DNA of 40,272 nt from Utricularia gibba (GCA_002189035.1 NEEC01000406.1:1-40272); one strand, 5' to 3'; shown: positions 15,001 to 28,375, numbered from the stretch's first letter. The notes: generated by a model not told the origin, from the letters alone. Program-made: numbers and translations.

Positions 15001-18000
15001 GTGGCTATTTGATTCTTTTGCCTTGTATGTTGTTCGCATCAATTTCGAGAACATGAAGCACATTATTAAATGCAGTCACCACGGAATGCCACGTGAGACA
15101 CTTTCGTTGTGGCTTGTTTTTAATATGTCCACAGTTATCGGACAAACGTAACTCCAAATTATAATACTTGGAGCTCGAAAGGGCTTCCCAACAGTGTGCT
15201 ATGAAGAGCAAGGATCTGCATGTTATGCAAGAGGTGCTTCGCGGACCAGGATGTGCGACGTAGTCATTTTGCGCATCATCATTCGGGTGCATCCTAAAAA
15301 TCACACGTGCAGGATTCATTAAAAATAAATATTTACGCATATCCAGAATATAACAGTGTTGGGATAAGTGATGCACGAAATTCATGATGTAGCATGTGAC
15401 TTTTTTCCAACTTGATCGCATAGTAGATGAATTCTGACACCATATGATTGATGCATTTAGTTGCTATGATACTTCTGATTCTTGATGCACCATTCCCGTA
15501 TACCATGTCTCTAGTGGCTATTTGATTCTTTTCTTGTATGTTGTTCGCATCAATTTCGAGAACATGAAGCACATTATTAAATGCATCACCACGGAATGCC
15601 ACGTGAGACACTTTTCGTTGTGGCTTTTTTTAATATGTCCACAGTTATCGGACAAACGTAACTCCAAATTATAATACTTGGAGCTCGAAAAGGGCTTCCC
15701 AACAGTGTGCTATGAAGAGCAAGGATCTGCATGTTATGCAAGAGGTGCTTCGCGGACCAGGATGTGCGACGTAGTCATTTCATTGCGCATCATCATTCGG
15801 GTGCATCCTAAAAATCACACGTGCACGGATTCATTAAAATAAATATTTACGCATATCCAGAGTGTTGGGATAAGTGATGCCACGAAATTCATGATGTAGC
15901 ATGTGACTTTTTTCCAACTTGATCGCATAGTAGATGAATTTGACACCATATGTTTTGGCTTTGATTGATGCATTTAGTTGCTATGATACTTCTGATTCTT
16001 GATGCACCATTCCCGTATACCATGTCTCTAGTGGCTATTTGATTCTTTTGCCTTGTATGTTGTTCGCATCAATTTCGAGAACATGAAGCACATTATTAAA
16101 TGCATCACCACGGAACACGTGAGACACTTTCGTTGTGGCTTTTTTTAATATGTCCACAGTTATCGGACAAACGTAACTCCAAATTATAATACTTGGAGCT
16201 CGAAAGGGCTTCCAACAGTGTGCTATGAAGAGCAAGGATCTGCATGTTATGCAAGAGGTGCTTCGCGGACCAGGATGTGCGACGTAGTCATTTCATTGCG
16301 CATCATCATTCGGGTGCATCCTAAAAATCACACGTGCACGGATTCATTAAAAATAAATATTTACGCATATCCAGAGTATATAACAGTGTTGGATAAGTGA
16401 TGCCACGAAATTCATGATGTAGCATGTGACTTTTTTCCAACTTGATCGCATAGTAGATGAATTCTGACACCATATGTTTTGGCTGTTGATTGATGCATTT
16501 AGTTGCTATGATACTTCTGATTCTTGATGCACCATTCCCTATACCATGTCTCTAGTGGCTATTTGATTCTTTTGCCTTGTATGTTGTTCGCATCAATTTC
16601 GAGAACATGAAGCACATTATTAAATGCAATCACCACGGAATGCCACGTGAGACACTTTTCGTTGTGGCTTGTTTTTAATATGTCCACAGTTATCGGACAA
16701 ACGTAACTCCAAATTATAATACTTGGAGCTCGAAAAGGGCTTCCAACAGTGTGCTATGAAGAGCAAGGATCTGCATGTTATGCAAGAGGTGCTTCGCGGA
16801 CCAGGATGTGCGACGTAGTCATTTCATTGCGCATCATCATTCGGGGTGCATCCTAAAAATCACACGTGCACGGATTCATTAAAAAAAATATTTACGCATA
16901 TCCAGATATAACAGTGTTGGGATAAGTGATGCCACGAAATTCATGATGTAGCATGTGACTTTTTTCCAACTTGATCGCATAGTAGATGAATTCTGACACC
17001 ATATGTTTTGGCTTTGATTGATGCATTTAGTTGCTATGATACTTCTGATTCTTGATGCACCATTCCCGTATACCATGTCTCTAGTGGCTATTTGATTCTT
17101 TTGCCTTGTATGTTGTTCGCATCAATTCGAGAACATGAAGCACATTATTAAATGCAGTCACCACGGAATGCCACGTGAGACACTTTTCGTTGTGGCTTGT
17201 TTTTAATATGTCCACAGTTATCGGACAAACGTAACTCCAAATTATAATACTTGGAGCTCGAAAAGGGCTTCCCAACAGTGTGCTATGAAGAGCAAGGATC
17301 TGCATGTTATGCAAGAGGTGCTTCGCGGACCAGGATGTGCGACGTAGTCATTTCATTGCGCATCATCATTCGGGGTGCATCCTAAAAATCACACGTGCAC
17401 CGGATTCATTAAAAATAAATATTTACGCATATCCAGATTATAACAGTGTTGGGATAAGTGATGCCACGAAATTCATGATGTAGCATGTGACTTTTTTCCA
17501 ACTTGATCGCATAGTAGATGAAGTCTGACACCATATGTTTTGGCTTGATTGATGCATTTAGTTGCTATGATACTTCTGATTCTTGATGCACCATTCCCGT
17601 ATACCATGTCTCTAGTGGCTATTTGATTCTTTTGCCTTGTATGTTGTTCGCATCAATTTCGAGAACATGAAGCACATTATTAAATGCAGTCACCACGGAA
17701 TGCCACGTGAGACACTTTTCGTTGTGGCTTGTTTTTAATATGTCCACAGTTATCGGACAAACGTAACTCCAAATTATAATACTTGGAGCTCGAAAGGGCT
17801 TCCCAACAGTGTGCTATGAAGAGCAAGGATCTGCATGTTATGCAAGAGGTGCTTCGCGGACCAGGATGTGCGACGTAGTCATTTCATTGCGCATCATCAT
17901 TCGGGGTGCATCCTAAAATCACACGTGCACGGGATTCATTAAAAATAAATATTTACGCATATCCTAACAGTGTTGGGATAAGTGATGTGACTTTTTTCCA

Positions 18001-21000
18001 ACTTGATCGCATAGTAGATGAATTCTGACACCATATGTTTTGCTTTGATTGATGCATTTAGTTGCTATGATACTTCTGATTCTTGATGCACCATTCCCGT
18101 ATACCATGTCTCTAGTGGCTATTTGATTCTTTTGCCTTGTATGTTGTTCGCATCAATTTCGAACATGAAGCACATTATTAAATGCAGTCACCACGGAATG
18201 CCACGTGAGACACTTTTCGTTGTGGCTTGTTTTTAATATGTCCACAGTTATCGGACAAACGTAACTCCAAATTATAATACTTGGAGCTCGAAAGGGCTTC
18301 CCAACAGTGTGCTATGAAGAGCAAGGATCTGCATGTTATGCAAGAGGTGCTTCGCGGACCAGGATGTGCGACGTAGTCATTTCATTGCGCATCATCATTC
18401 GGGGTGCATCCTAAAAATCACACGTGCACCGGATTCATTAAAAATAAATATTTACGCATATCCAGAGTATATAACAGTGTTGGGATAAGTGATGCCACGA
18501 AATTCATGATGTAGCATGTGACTTTTTCCACTTGATCGCATAGTAGATGAATTCTGACACCATATGTTTTGGCTTTTGATTGATGCATTTAGTTGCTATG
18601 ATACTTCTGATTCTTGATGCACCATTCCCGTATACCATGTCTCTAGTGGCTATTTGATTCTTTTGCCTTGTATGTTGTTCGCATCAATTTCGAGAACATG
18701 AAGCACATTATTAAATGCAGTCAAATGCCACGTGAGACACTTTTCGTTGTGGCTTGTTTTTAATATGTCCACAGTTATCGGACAAACGTAACTCCAAATT
18801 ATAATACTTGGAGCTCGAAAAGGGCTTCCCAACATGCTATGAAGAGCAAGGATCTGCATGTTATGCAAGAGGTGCTTCGCGGAGGATGTGCGACGTAGTC
18901 TTCATTGCGCATCATCATTCGGGTGCATCCTAAAAATCACACGTGCACGGATTCATTAAAAATAAATATTTACGCATATCCAGTAACAGTTGGATAAGTG
19001 ATGCACGAAATTCATGATGTAGCATGTGATTTTTTCCAACTTGATCGCATAGTAGATGAATTCTGACACCATATGTTTGGCCATTTAGTTGCTATGATAC
19101 TTCTGATTCTTGATGCACCATTCCGTATACCATGTCTCTAGTGGCTATTTGATTCTTTTGCCTTGTATGTTGTTCGCATCAATTTCATGAAGCACATTAT
19201 TCACCACGGAATGCCACGTGAGACAACTTTTTTAATATGTCCACAGTTATCGGACAAACGTAACTCCAAATTATAATACTTGGAGCTCGAAAGGGCTTCC
19301 CAACAGTGTGCTATGAAGAGCAAGGATCTGCATGTTATGCAAGAGGTGCTTCGCATGTGCGACGTAGTCATTTCATTGCGCATCATCATTCGGGGTGCAT
19401 CCTAAAAATACGTGCACGGATTCATTAAAATAAATATTTACGCATATCCTGTTGGGATAAGTGATGCACGAAATTCATGATGTAGCATGTGACTTTTTTC
19501 CAACTTGATCGCATAGTAGATGAATTCTGACACCATAGATTGATGCATTTAGTTGCTATGATACTTCTGATTCTTGATGCACCATACCATGTCTCTAGTG
19601 GCTATTTGATTTTGCCTTGTATGTTGGCATCAATTTCGAGAACATGAAGCACATTATTAAATGCATCACCACGGAATGCCACGTGAGACACTTTCGTTGT
19701 TTTTTAATATGTCCACAGTTATCGGACAAACGTAACTCCAAATTATAATACTTGGAGCTCGAAAGGGCTTCCCAACAGTGTGCTATGAAGAGCAAGGATC
19801 TGCATGTTATGCAAGAGGTGCTTCGCGGACCAGGATGTGTAGTCATTTCATTGCGCATCATCATTCGGGGTGCATCCTAAAAATCACACGTGCACGGATT
19901 CATTAAAAATAAATATTTACGCATATCCAGAGTGTATAACAGTGTTGGATAAGTGATGCACGAAATTCATGATGTAGCATGTGACTTTTTTTCCAACTTG
20001 ATCGCATAGTAGATGAATTCTGACACCATATGTTTTGCTTTTGATGCATTTAGTTGCTATGATACTTCTGATTCTTGATGCACCATTCCCGTATACCATG
20101 TCTCTAGTGGCTATTTGATTCTTTTGCCTTGTATGTTGTTCGCATCAATTTCGAGAACATGAAGCACATTATTAAATGCAGTCACCACGGAATGCCACGT
20201 GAGACACTTTTCGTTGTGGCTTTTTTAATATGTCCACAGTTATCGGACAAACGTAACTCCAAATTATAATACTTGGAGCTCGAAAAGGGCTTCCCAACAG
20301 TGTGCTATGAAGAGCAAGGATCTGCATGTTATGCAAGAGGTGCTTCGCGGACCAGGATGTGCGACGTAGTCATTTCATTGCGCATCATCATTCGGGGTGC
20401 ATCCTAAAAATCACACGTGCACGGATTCATTAAAAATAAATATTTACGCATATCCAGAGTGTATAACAGTGTTGGATAAGTGATGCCACGAAATTCATGA
20501 TGTAGCATGTGACTTTTTTCCAACTTGATCGCATAGTAGATGAATTCTGACACCATATGTTTTGGCTTTTGATTGATGCATTTAGTTGCTATGATACTTC
20601 TGATTCTTGATGCACCATTCCCGTATACCATGTCTCTAGGGCTATTTGATTCTTTTGCCTTGTATGTTGTTCGCATCAATTTCGAGAACATGAAGCACAT
20701 TATTAAATGCAGTCACCACGGAATGCCACGTGAGACACTTTCGTTGTGGCTTTTTAATATGTCCACAGTTATCGGACAAACGTAACTCCAAATTATAATA
20801 CTTGGAGCTCGAAAGGGCTTCCCAACAGTGTGCTATGAAGAGCAAGGATCTGCATGTTATGCAAGAGGTGCTTCGCGGACCAGGATGTGCGACGTAGTCA
20901 TTTCATTGCGCATCATCATTCGGGTGCATCCTAAAAATCACACGTGCACGGATTCATTAAAAATAAATATTTACGCATATCCAGAGTGTATAAACAGTGT

Positions 21001-23296
21001 TGGATAAGTGATGCCACGAAATTCATGATGTAGCATGTGACTTTTTTCCAACTTGATCGCATAGTAGATGAATTCTGACACCATATGTTTTGGCTTTGAT
21101 TGATGCATTTAGTTGCTATGATACTTCTGATTCTTGATGCACCATTCCCGTATACCATGTCTCTAGTGGCTATTTGATTCTTTTGCCTTGTATGTTGTTC
21201 GCATCAATTTCGAGAACATGAAGCACATTATTAAATGCATCACCACGGAATGCCACGTGAGACACTTTCGTTGTGGCTTTTTTAATATGTCCACAGTTAT
21301 CGGACAAACGTAACTCCAAATTATAATACTTGGAGCTCGAAAAGGGCTTCCCAGTGTGCTATGAAGAGCAAGGATCTGCATGTTATGCAAGAGGTGCTTC
21401 GCGGACCAGGATGTGCGACGTAGTCATTTCATTGCGCATCATCATTCGGGTGCATCCTAAAAATCACACGTGCACGGATTCATTAAAAATAAATATTTAC
21501 ATATCCAGAGTGTATAACAGTGTTGGGATGATGCCACGAAATTCATGATGTAGCATGTGACTTTTTTCCAACTTGATCGCATAGTAGATGAATTCTGACA
21601 CCATATGTTTTGCTTTTGATTGATGCATTTAGTTGCTATGATACTTCTGATTCTTGATGCACCATTCCCGTATACCATGTCTCTAGTGGCTATTTGATTC
21701 TTTTGCCTTGTATGTTGTTCGCATCAATTTCGAGAACATGAAGCACATTATTAAATGCAGTCACCACGGAATGCCACGTGAGACACTTTTCGTTGTGGCT
21801 TTTTTTAATATGTCCCAGTTATCGGACAAACGTAACTCCAAATTATAATACTTGGAGCTCAAAGGCTTCCCAACAGTGTGCTATGAAGAGCAAGGATCTG
21901 CATGTTATGCAAGAGGTGCTTCGCGGACCAGGATGTGCGACGTAGTCATTTCATTGCGCATCATCATTCGGGTGCATCCTAAAAATCACACGTGCACGGG
22001 ATTCATTAAAAATAAATATTTACGCATATCCAGAGTGTATAACAGTGTTGGGATAAGTGATGCCACGAAATTCATGATGTAGCATGTGACTTTTTCCAAC
22101 TTGATCGCATAGTAGATGAATTCTGACACCATATGTTTTGGCTTTTGATTGATGCATTTAGTTGCTATGATACTTCTGATTCTTGATGCACCATTCCCGT
22201 ATACCATGTCTCTAGTGGCTATTTGATTCTTTTGCCTTGTATGTTGTTCGCATCAATTTCGAGAACATGAAGCACATTATTAAATGCAGTCACCACGGAA
22301 TGCCACGTGAGACACTTTTCGTTGTGGCTTTTTTTAATATGTCCACAGTTATCGGACAAACGTAACTCCAAATTATAATACTTGGAGCTCGAAAAGGGCT
22401 TCCCAACAGTGTGCTATGAAGAGCAAGGATCTGCATGTTATGCAAGAGGTGCTTCGCGGACCAGGATGTGCGACGTAGTCATTTCATTGCGCATCATCAT
22501 TCGGGGTGCATCCTAAAAATCACACGTGCACGGATTCATTAAAAATAAATATTACGCATATCCAGAGTGTATAACAGTGTTGGGATAAGTGATGCCACGA
22601 AATTCATGATGTAGCATGTGACTTTTTCCAACTTGATCGCATAGTAGATGAATTCTGACACCATATGTTTTGGCTTGATTGATGCATTTAGTTGCTATGA
22701 TACTTCTGATTCTTGATGCACCATTCCCGTATACCATGTCTCTAGTGGCTATTTGATTCTTTTGCCTTGTATGTTGTTCGCATCAATTTCGAGAACATGA
22801 AGCACATTATTAAATGCAGTCACCACGGAATGCCACGTGAGACACTTTTCGTTGTGGCTTGTTTTTAATATGTCCACAGTTATCGGACAAACGTAACTCC
22901 AAATTATAATACTTGGAGCTCGAAAAGGCTTCCCAACAGTGTGCTATGAAGAGCAAGGATCTGCATGTTATGCAAGAGGTGCTTCGCGGACCAGGATGTG
23001 CGACGTAGTCATTTCATTGCGCATCATCATTAAAAAAATCACACGTGCACGGATTCATTAAAAATAAATATTTACGCATATCCAGATATAACAGTGTTGG
23101 GATAAGTGATGCCACGAAATTCATGATGTAGCATGTGACTTTTTTCCAACTTGATCGCATAGTAGATGAATTCTGACACCATATGTTTTGGCTTTGATTG
23201 ATGCATTTAATGCTAGATACTTCTGATTCTTGATGCACCATTCCCGTATACCATGTCTCTAGTGGCTATTTGATTCTTTTGCCTTGTATGTTGTTC

Positions 23297-23318
23297 CATC
23301 AATTTCGCATCAATTTCG
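23297..23318 (+). repeat. Local 11-nt tandem duplication (CATCAATTTCG x2) in a single monomer
   Basis: The sequence reads TTGTTC CATCAATTTCG CATCAATTTCG AGAAC, against consensus TTGTTCG CATCAATTTCG AGAAC. It is bounded by the natural TTCG microhomology. Confidence 0.9.
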
Positions 23319-26300
23319 AGAACATGAAGCACATTATTAAATGCAGTCACCACGGAATGCCACGTGAGACACTTTTCGTTGTGGCTTGTTTTTAATATGT
23401 CCACAGTTATCGGACAAACGTAACTCCAAATTATAATACTTGGAGCTCGAAAAGGGCTTCCCAACAGTGTGCTATGAAGAGCAAGGATCTGCATGTTATG
23501 CAAGAGGTGCTTCGCGGACCAGGATGTGCGACGTAGTCATTTCATTGCGCATCATCATTCGGGTGCATCCTAAAAATCACACGTGCAGGATTCATTAAAA
23601 ATAAATATTTACGCATATCCAGAGTGTATAACAGTGTTGGGATAAGTGATGCCACGAAATTCATGATGTAGCATGTGACTTTTTTCCAACTTGATCGCAT
23701 AGTAGATGAATTCTGACACCATATGTTTTGGCTGTTGATTGATGCATTTAGTTGCTATGATACTTCTGATTCTTGATGCACCATTCCCGTATACCATGTC
23801 TCTAGTGGCTATTTGATTCTTTTGCCTTGTATGTTGTTCGCATCAATTTCGAGAACATGAAGCACATTATTAAATGCAGTCACCACGGAATGCCACGTGA
23901 GACACTTTTCGTTGTGGCTTGTTTTTAATATGTCCACAGTTATCGGACAAACGTAACTCCAAATTATAATACTTGGAGCTCGAAAAGGGCTTCCCAACAG
24001 TGTGCTATGAAGAGCAAGGATCTGCATGTTATGCAAGAGGTGCTTCGCGGACCAGGATGTGCGACGTAGTCATTTCATTGCGCATCATCATTCGGGGTGC
24101 ATCCTAAAAATCACACGTGCACCGGATTCATTAAAAATAAATATTTACGCATATCCAGAGTATATAACAGTGTTGGGATAAGTGATGCCACGAAATTCAT
24201 GATGTAGCATGTGACTTTTTTCCAACTTGATCGCATAGTAGATGAATTCTGACACCATATGTTTTGGCTTTTGATTGATGCATTTAGTTGCTATGATACT
24301 TCTGATTCTTGATGCACCATTCCCGTATACCATGTCTCTAGTGGCTATTTGATTCTTTTGCCTTGTATGTTTTCGCATCAATTTCGAGAACATGAAGCAC
24401 ATTATTAAATGCAGTCACCACGGAATGCCACGTGAGACACTTTTCGTTGTGGTTTTTTAATATGTCCACAGTTATCGGACAAACGTAACTCCAAATTATA
24501 ATACTTGGAGCTCGAAAAGGGCTTCCAACAGTGTGCTATGAAGAGCAAGGATCTGCATGTTATGCAAGAGGTGCTTCGCGGACCAGGATGTGCGACGTAG
24601 TCATTTCATTGCGCATCATCATTCGGGGTGCATCCTAAAAATCACACGTGCACCGGATTCATTAAAAATAAATATTTACGCATATCCAGAGTGTATAACA
24701 GTGTTGGGATAAGTGATGCCACGAAATTCATGATGTAGCATGTGACTTTTTTCCAACTTGATCGCATAGTAGATGAATTCTGACACCATATGTTTTGGCT
24801 TTTGATTGATGCATTTAGTTGCTATGATACTTCTGATTCTTGATGCACCATTCCCGTATACCATGTCTCTAGTGGCTATTTGATTCTTTTGCCTTGTATG
24901 TTGTTCGCATCAATTTCGAGAACATGAAGCACATTATTAAATGCAGTCACCACGGAATGCCACGTGAGACACTTTTCGTTGTGGCTTTTTTTAATATGTC
25001 CACAGTTATCGGACAAACGTAACTCCAAATTATAATACTTGGAGCTCGAAAAGGGCTTCCCAACAGTGTGCTATGAAGAGCAAGGATCTGCATGTTATGC
25101 AAGAGGTGCTTCGCGGACCAGGATGTGCGACGTAGTCATTTCATTGCGCATCATCATTCGGGTGCATCCTAAAAATCACACGTGCACGGGATTCATTAAA
25201 AATAAATATTTACGCATATCCAACAGTGTTGGGATAAGTGATGCCACGAAATTCATGATGTAGCATGTGACTTTTTTCCAACTTGATCGCATAGTAGATG
25301 AATTCTGACACCATATGTTTTGGCTTTGATTGATGCATTTAGTTGCTATGATACTTCTGATTCTTGATGCACCATTCCCGTATACCATGTCTCTAGTGGC
25401 TATTTGATTCTTTTGCCTTGTATGTTGTTCGCATCAATTTCGAGAACATGAAGCACATTATTAAATGCAGTCACCACGGAATGCCACGTGAGACACTTTT
25501 CGTTGTGGCTTGTTTTTAATATGTCCACAGTTATCGGACAAACGTAACTCCAAATTATAATACTTGGAGCTCGAAAAGGGCTTCCCAACAGTGTGCTATG
25601 AAGAGCAAGGATCTGCATGTTATGCAAAGGTGCTTCGCGGACCAGGATGTGCGACGTAGTCATTTCATTGCGCATCATCATTCGGGGTGCATCCTAAAAA
25701 TCACACGTGCACGGGATTCATTAAAAATAAATATTTACGCATATCCAGAGTGTATAACAGTGTTGGGATAAGTGATGCCACGAAATTCATGATGTAGCAT
25801 GTGACTTTTTTCCAACTTGATCGCATAGTAGATGAATTCTGACACCATATGTTTTGGCTTTTGATTGATGCATTTAGTTGCTATGATACTTCTGATTCTT
25901 GATGCACCATTCCCGTATACCATGTCTCTAGTGGCTATTTGATTCTTTTGCCTTGTATGTTGTTCGCATCAATTTCGAGAACATGAAGCACATTATTAAA
26001 TGCAGTCACCACGGAATGCCACGTGAGACACTTTTCGTTGTGGCTTTTTTAATATGTCCACAGTTATCGGACAAACGTAACTCCAAATTATAATACTTGG
26101 AGCTCGAAAAGGGCTTCCCAACAGTGTGCTATGAAGAGCAAGGATCTGCATGTTATGCAAGAGGTGCTTCGCGGACCAGGATGTGCGACGTAGTCATTTC
26201 ATTGCGCATCATCATTCGGGTGCATCCTAAAAATCACACGTGCACGGGATTCATTAAAATAAATATTTACGCATATCCAGTAACAGTGTTGGGATAAGTG

Positions 26301-28039
26301 ATGCCACGAAATTCATGATGTAGCATGTGATTTTTTCCAACTTGATCGCATAGTAGATGAATTCTGACACCATATTGATTGATGCATTTAGTTGCTATGA
26401 TACTCTTGATGCACCATTCCCGTATACCATGTCTCTAGTGGCTATTTGATTCTTTTGCCTTGTATGTTGTTCGCATCAATTTCGAGAACATGAAGCACAT
26501 TATTAAATGCAGTCACCACGGAATGCCACGTGAGACACTTTTCGTTGTGGCTTGTTTTTAATATGTCCACAGTTATCGGACAAACGTAACTCCAAATTAT
26601 AATACTTGGAGCTCGAAAAGGGCTTCCCAACAGTGTGCTATGAAGAGCAAGGATCTGCATGTTATGCAAGAGGTGCTTCGCGGACCAGGATGTGCGACGT
26701 AGTCATTTCATTGCGCATCATCATTCGGGGTGCATCCTAAAAATCACACGTGCACGGGATTCATTAAAAATAAATTTACGCATATCCAGAGTGTATAACA
26801 GTGTTGGGATAAGTGATGCCACGAAATTCATGATGTAGCATGTGACTTTTTTCCAACTTGATCGCATAGTAGATGAATTCTGACACCATATGTTTTGGCT
26901 TTGATTGATGCATTTAGTTGCTATGATACTTCTGATTTGATGCACCATTCCCGTATACCATGTCTCTAGTGGCTATTTGATTCTTTTGCCTTGTATGTTG
27001 TTCGCATCAATTTCGAGAACATGAAGCACATTATTAAATGCAGTCACCACGGAATGCCACGTGAGACACTTTTCGTTGTGGCTTGTTTTTAATATGTCCA
27101 CAGTTATCGGACAAACGTAACTCCAAATTATAATACTTGGAGCTCGAAAAGGGCTTCCCAACAGTGTGCTATGAAGAGCAAGGATCTGCATGTTATGCAA
27201 GAGGTGCTTCGCGGACCAGGATGTGCGACGTAGTCATTTCATTGCGCATCATCATTCGGGGTGCATCCTAAAAATCACACGTGCACCGGATTCATTAAAA
27301 ATAAATATTTACGCATATCCAGAGTATATAACAGTGTTGGGATAAGTGATGCCACGAAATTCATGATGTAGCATGTGACTTTTTCCAACTTGATCGCATA
27401 GTAGATGAATTCTGACACCATATGTTTTGGCTTGATTGATGCATTTAGTTGCTATGATACTTCTGATTCTTGATGCACCATTCCCGTATACCATGTCTCT
27501 AGTGGCTATTTGATTCTTTTGCCTTGTATGTTGTTCGCATCAATTTCGAGAACATGAAGCACATTATTAAATGCAGTCACCACGGAATGCCACGTGAGAC
27601 ACTTTTCGTTGTGGCTTTTTTTAATATGTCCACAGTTATCGGACAAACGTAACTCCAAATTATAATACTTGGAGCTCGAAAAGGGCTTCCCAACAGTGTG
27701 CTATGAAGAGCAAGGATCTGCATGTTATGCAAGAGGTGCTTCGCGGACCAGGATGTGCGACGTAGTCATTTCATTGCGCATCATCATTCGGGGTGCATCC
27801 TAAAAATCACACGTGCACGGATTCATTAAAAATAAATATTTACGCATATCCAGAGTGTATAACAGTGTTGGGATAAGTGATGCCACGAAATTCATGATGT
27901 AGCATGTGACTTTTTTCCAACTTGATCGCATAGTAGATGAATTCTGACACCATATGTTTTGGCTTTTGATTGATGCATTTAGTTGCTATGATACTTCTGA
28001 TTCTTGATGCACCATTCCCGTATACCATGTCTCTAGTGG

Positions 28040-28267
28040 CTATTTGATTCTTTTGCCTTGTATGTTGTTCGCATCAATTTCGAGAACATGAAGCACATTA
28101 TTAAATGCAGTCACCACGGAATGCCACGTGAGACACTTTTCGTTGTGGCTTGTTTTTAATATGTCCACAGTTATCGGACAAACGTAACTCCAAATTATAA
28201 TACTTGGAGCTCGAAAAGGGCTTCCCAACAGTGTGCTATGAAGAGCAAGGATCTGCATGTTATGCAA
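28040..28267 (-). other. Recurrent short open frame of the monomer (75 aa, LHNMQILALH...EIDANNIQGKRIK); coding status unsupported
   Basis: From the ORF track; present intact in many clean copies. It starts at TTG (first ATG gives MQIL...). I see no recognisable domain or RBS, and the length is within chance expectation for 40% GC. Confidence 0.12.
28162..28209. other. Tandem pair of short inverted repeats present in each monomer: TGTCC-N9-GGACA and CTCCAA-N10-TTGGAG (first copy at 77..124)
   Basis: Read directly: TGTCC 28162-28166 pairs with GGACA 28176-28180, and CTCCAA 28188-28193 pairs with TTGGAG 28204-28209. The second loop, ATTATAATAC, contains the palindrome ATTATAAT. Confidence refers to the presence of the inverted repeats; function is unknown. 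Confidence 0.7.
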
Positions 28268-28375
28268 GAGGTGCTTCGCGGACCAGGATGTGCGACGTAG
28301 TCATTTCATTGCGCATCATCATTCGGGGTGCATCCTAAAAATCACACGTGCACCGGATTCATTAAAAATAAATAT

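Noticed and set aside
28176-28201. Sigma70-like promoter (TATAAT with upstream CGGACA)
   Set aside because: The -10 is perfect, but the -35 is only 4/6 with a 15-nt spacer, and no credible plus-strand ORF follows.
28040-28230. Peptide fragments HVLEIDAN and SSKYYNLELRLSD reminiscent of clamp-loader (DnaX/RFC) motifs
   Set aside because: They lie in different frames, lack Walker A/B context, and are too short to distinguish from chance.
28349-28358. TGCACCGGAT match to plant 5S rRNA (5S rDNA units are often ~500 nt)
   Set aside because: Only 10 nt match, at a site that varies between copies. The rest of the 120-nt gene and the box A/C spacing are absent.
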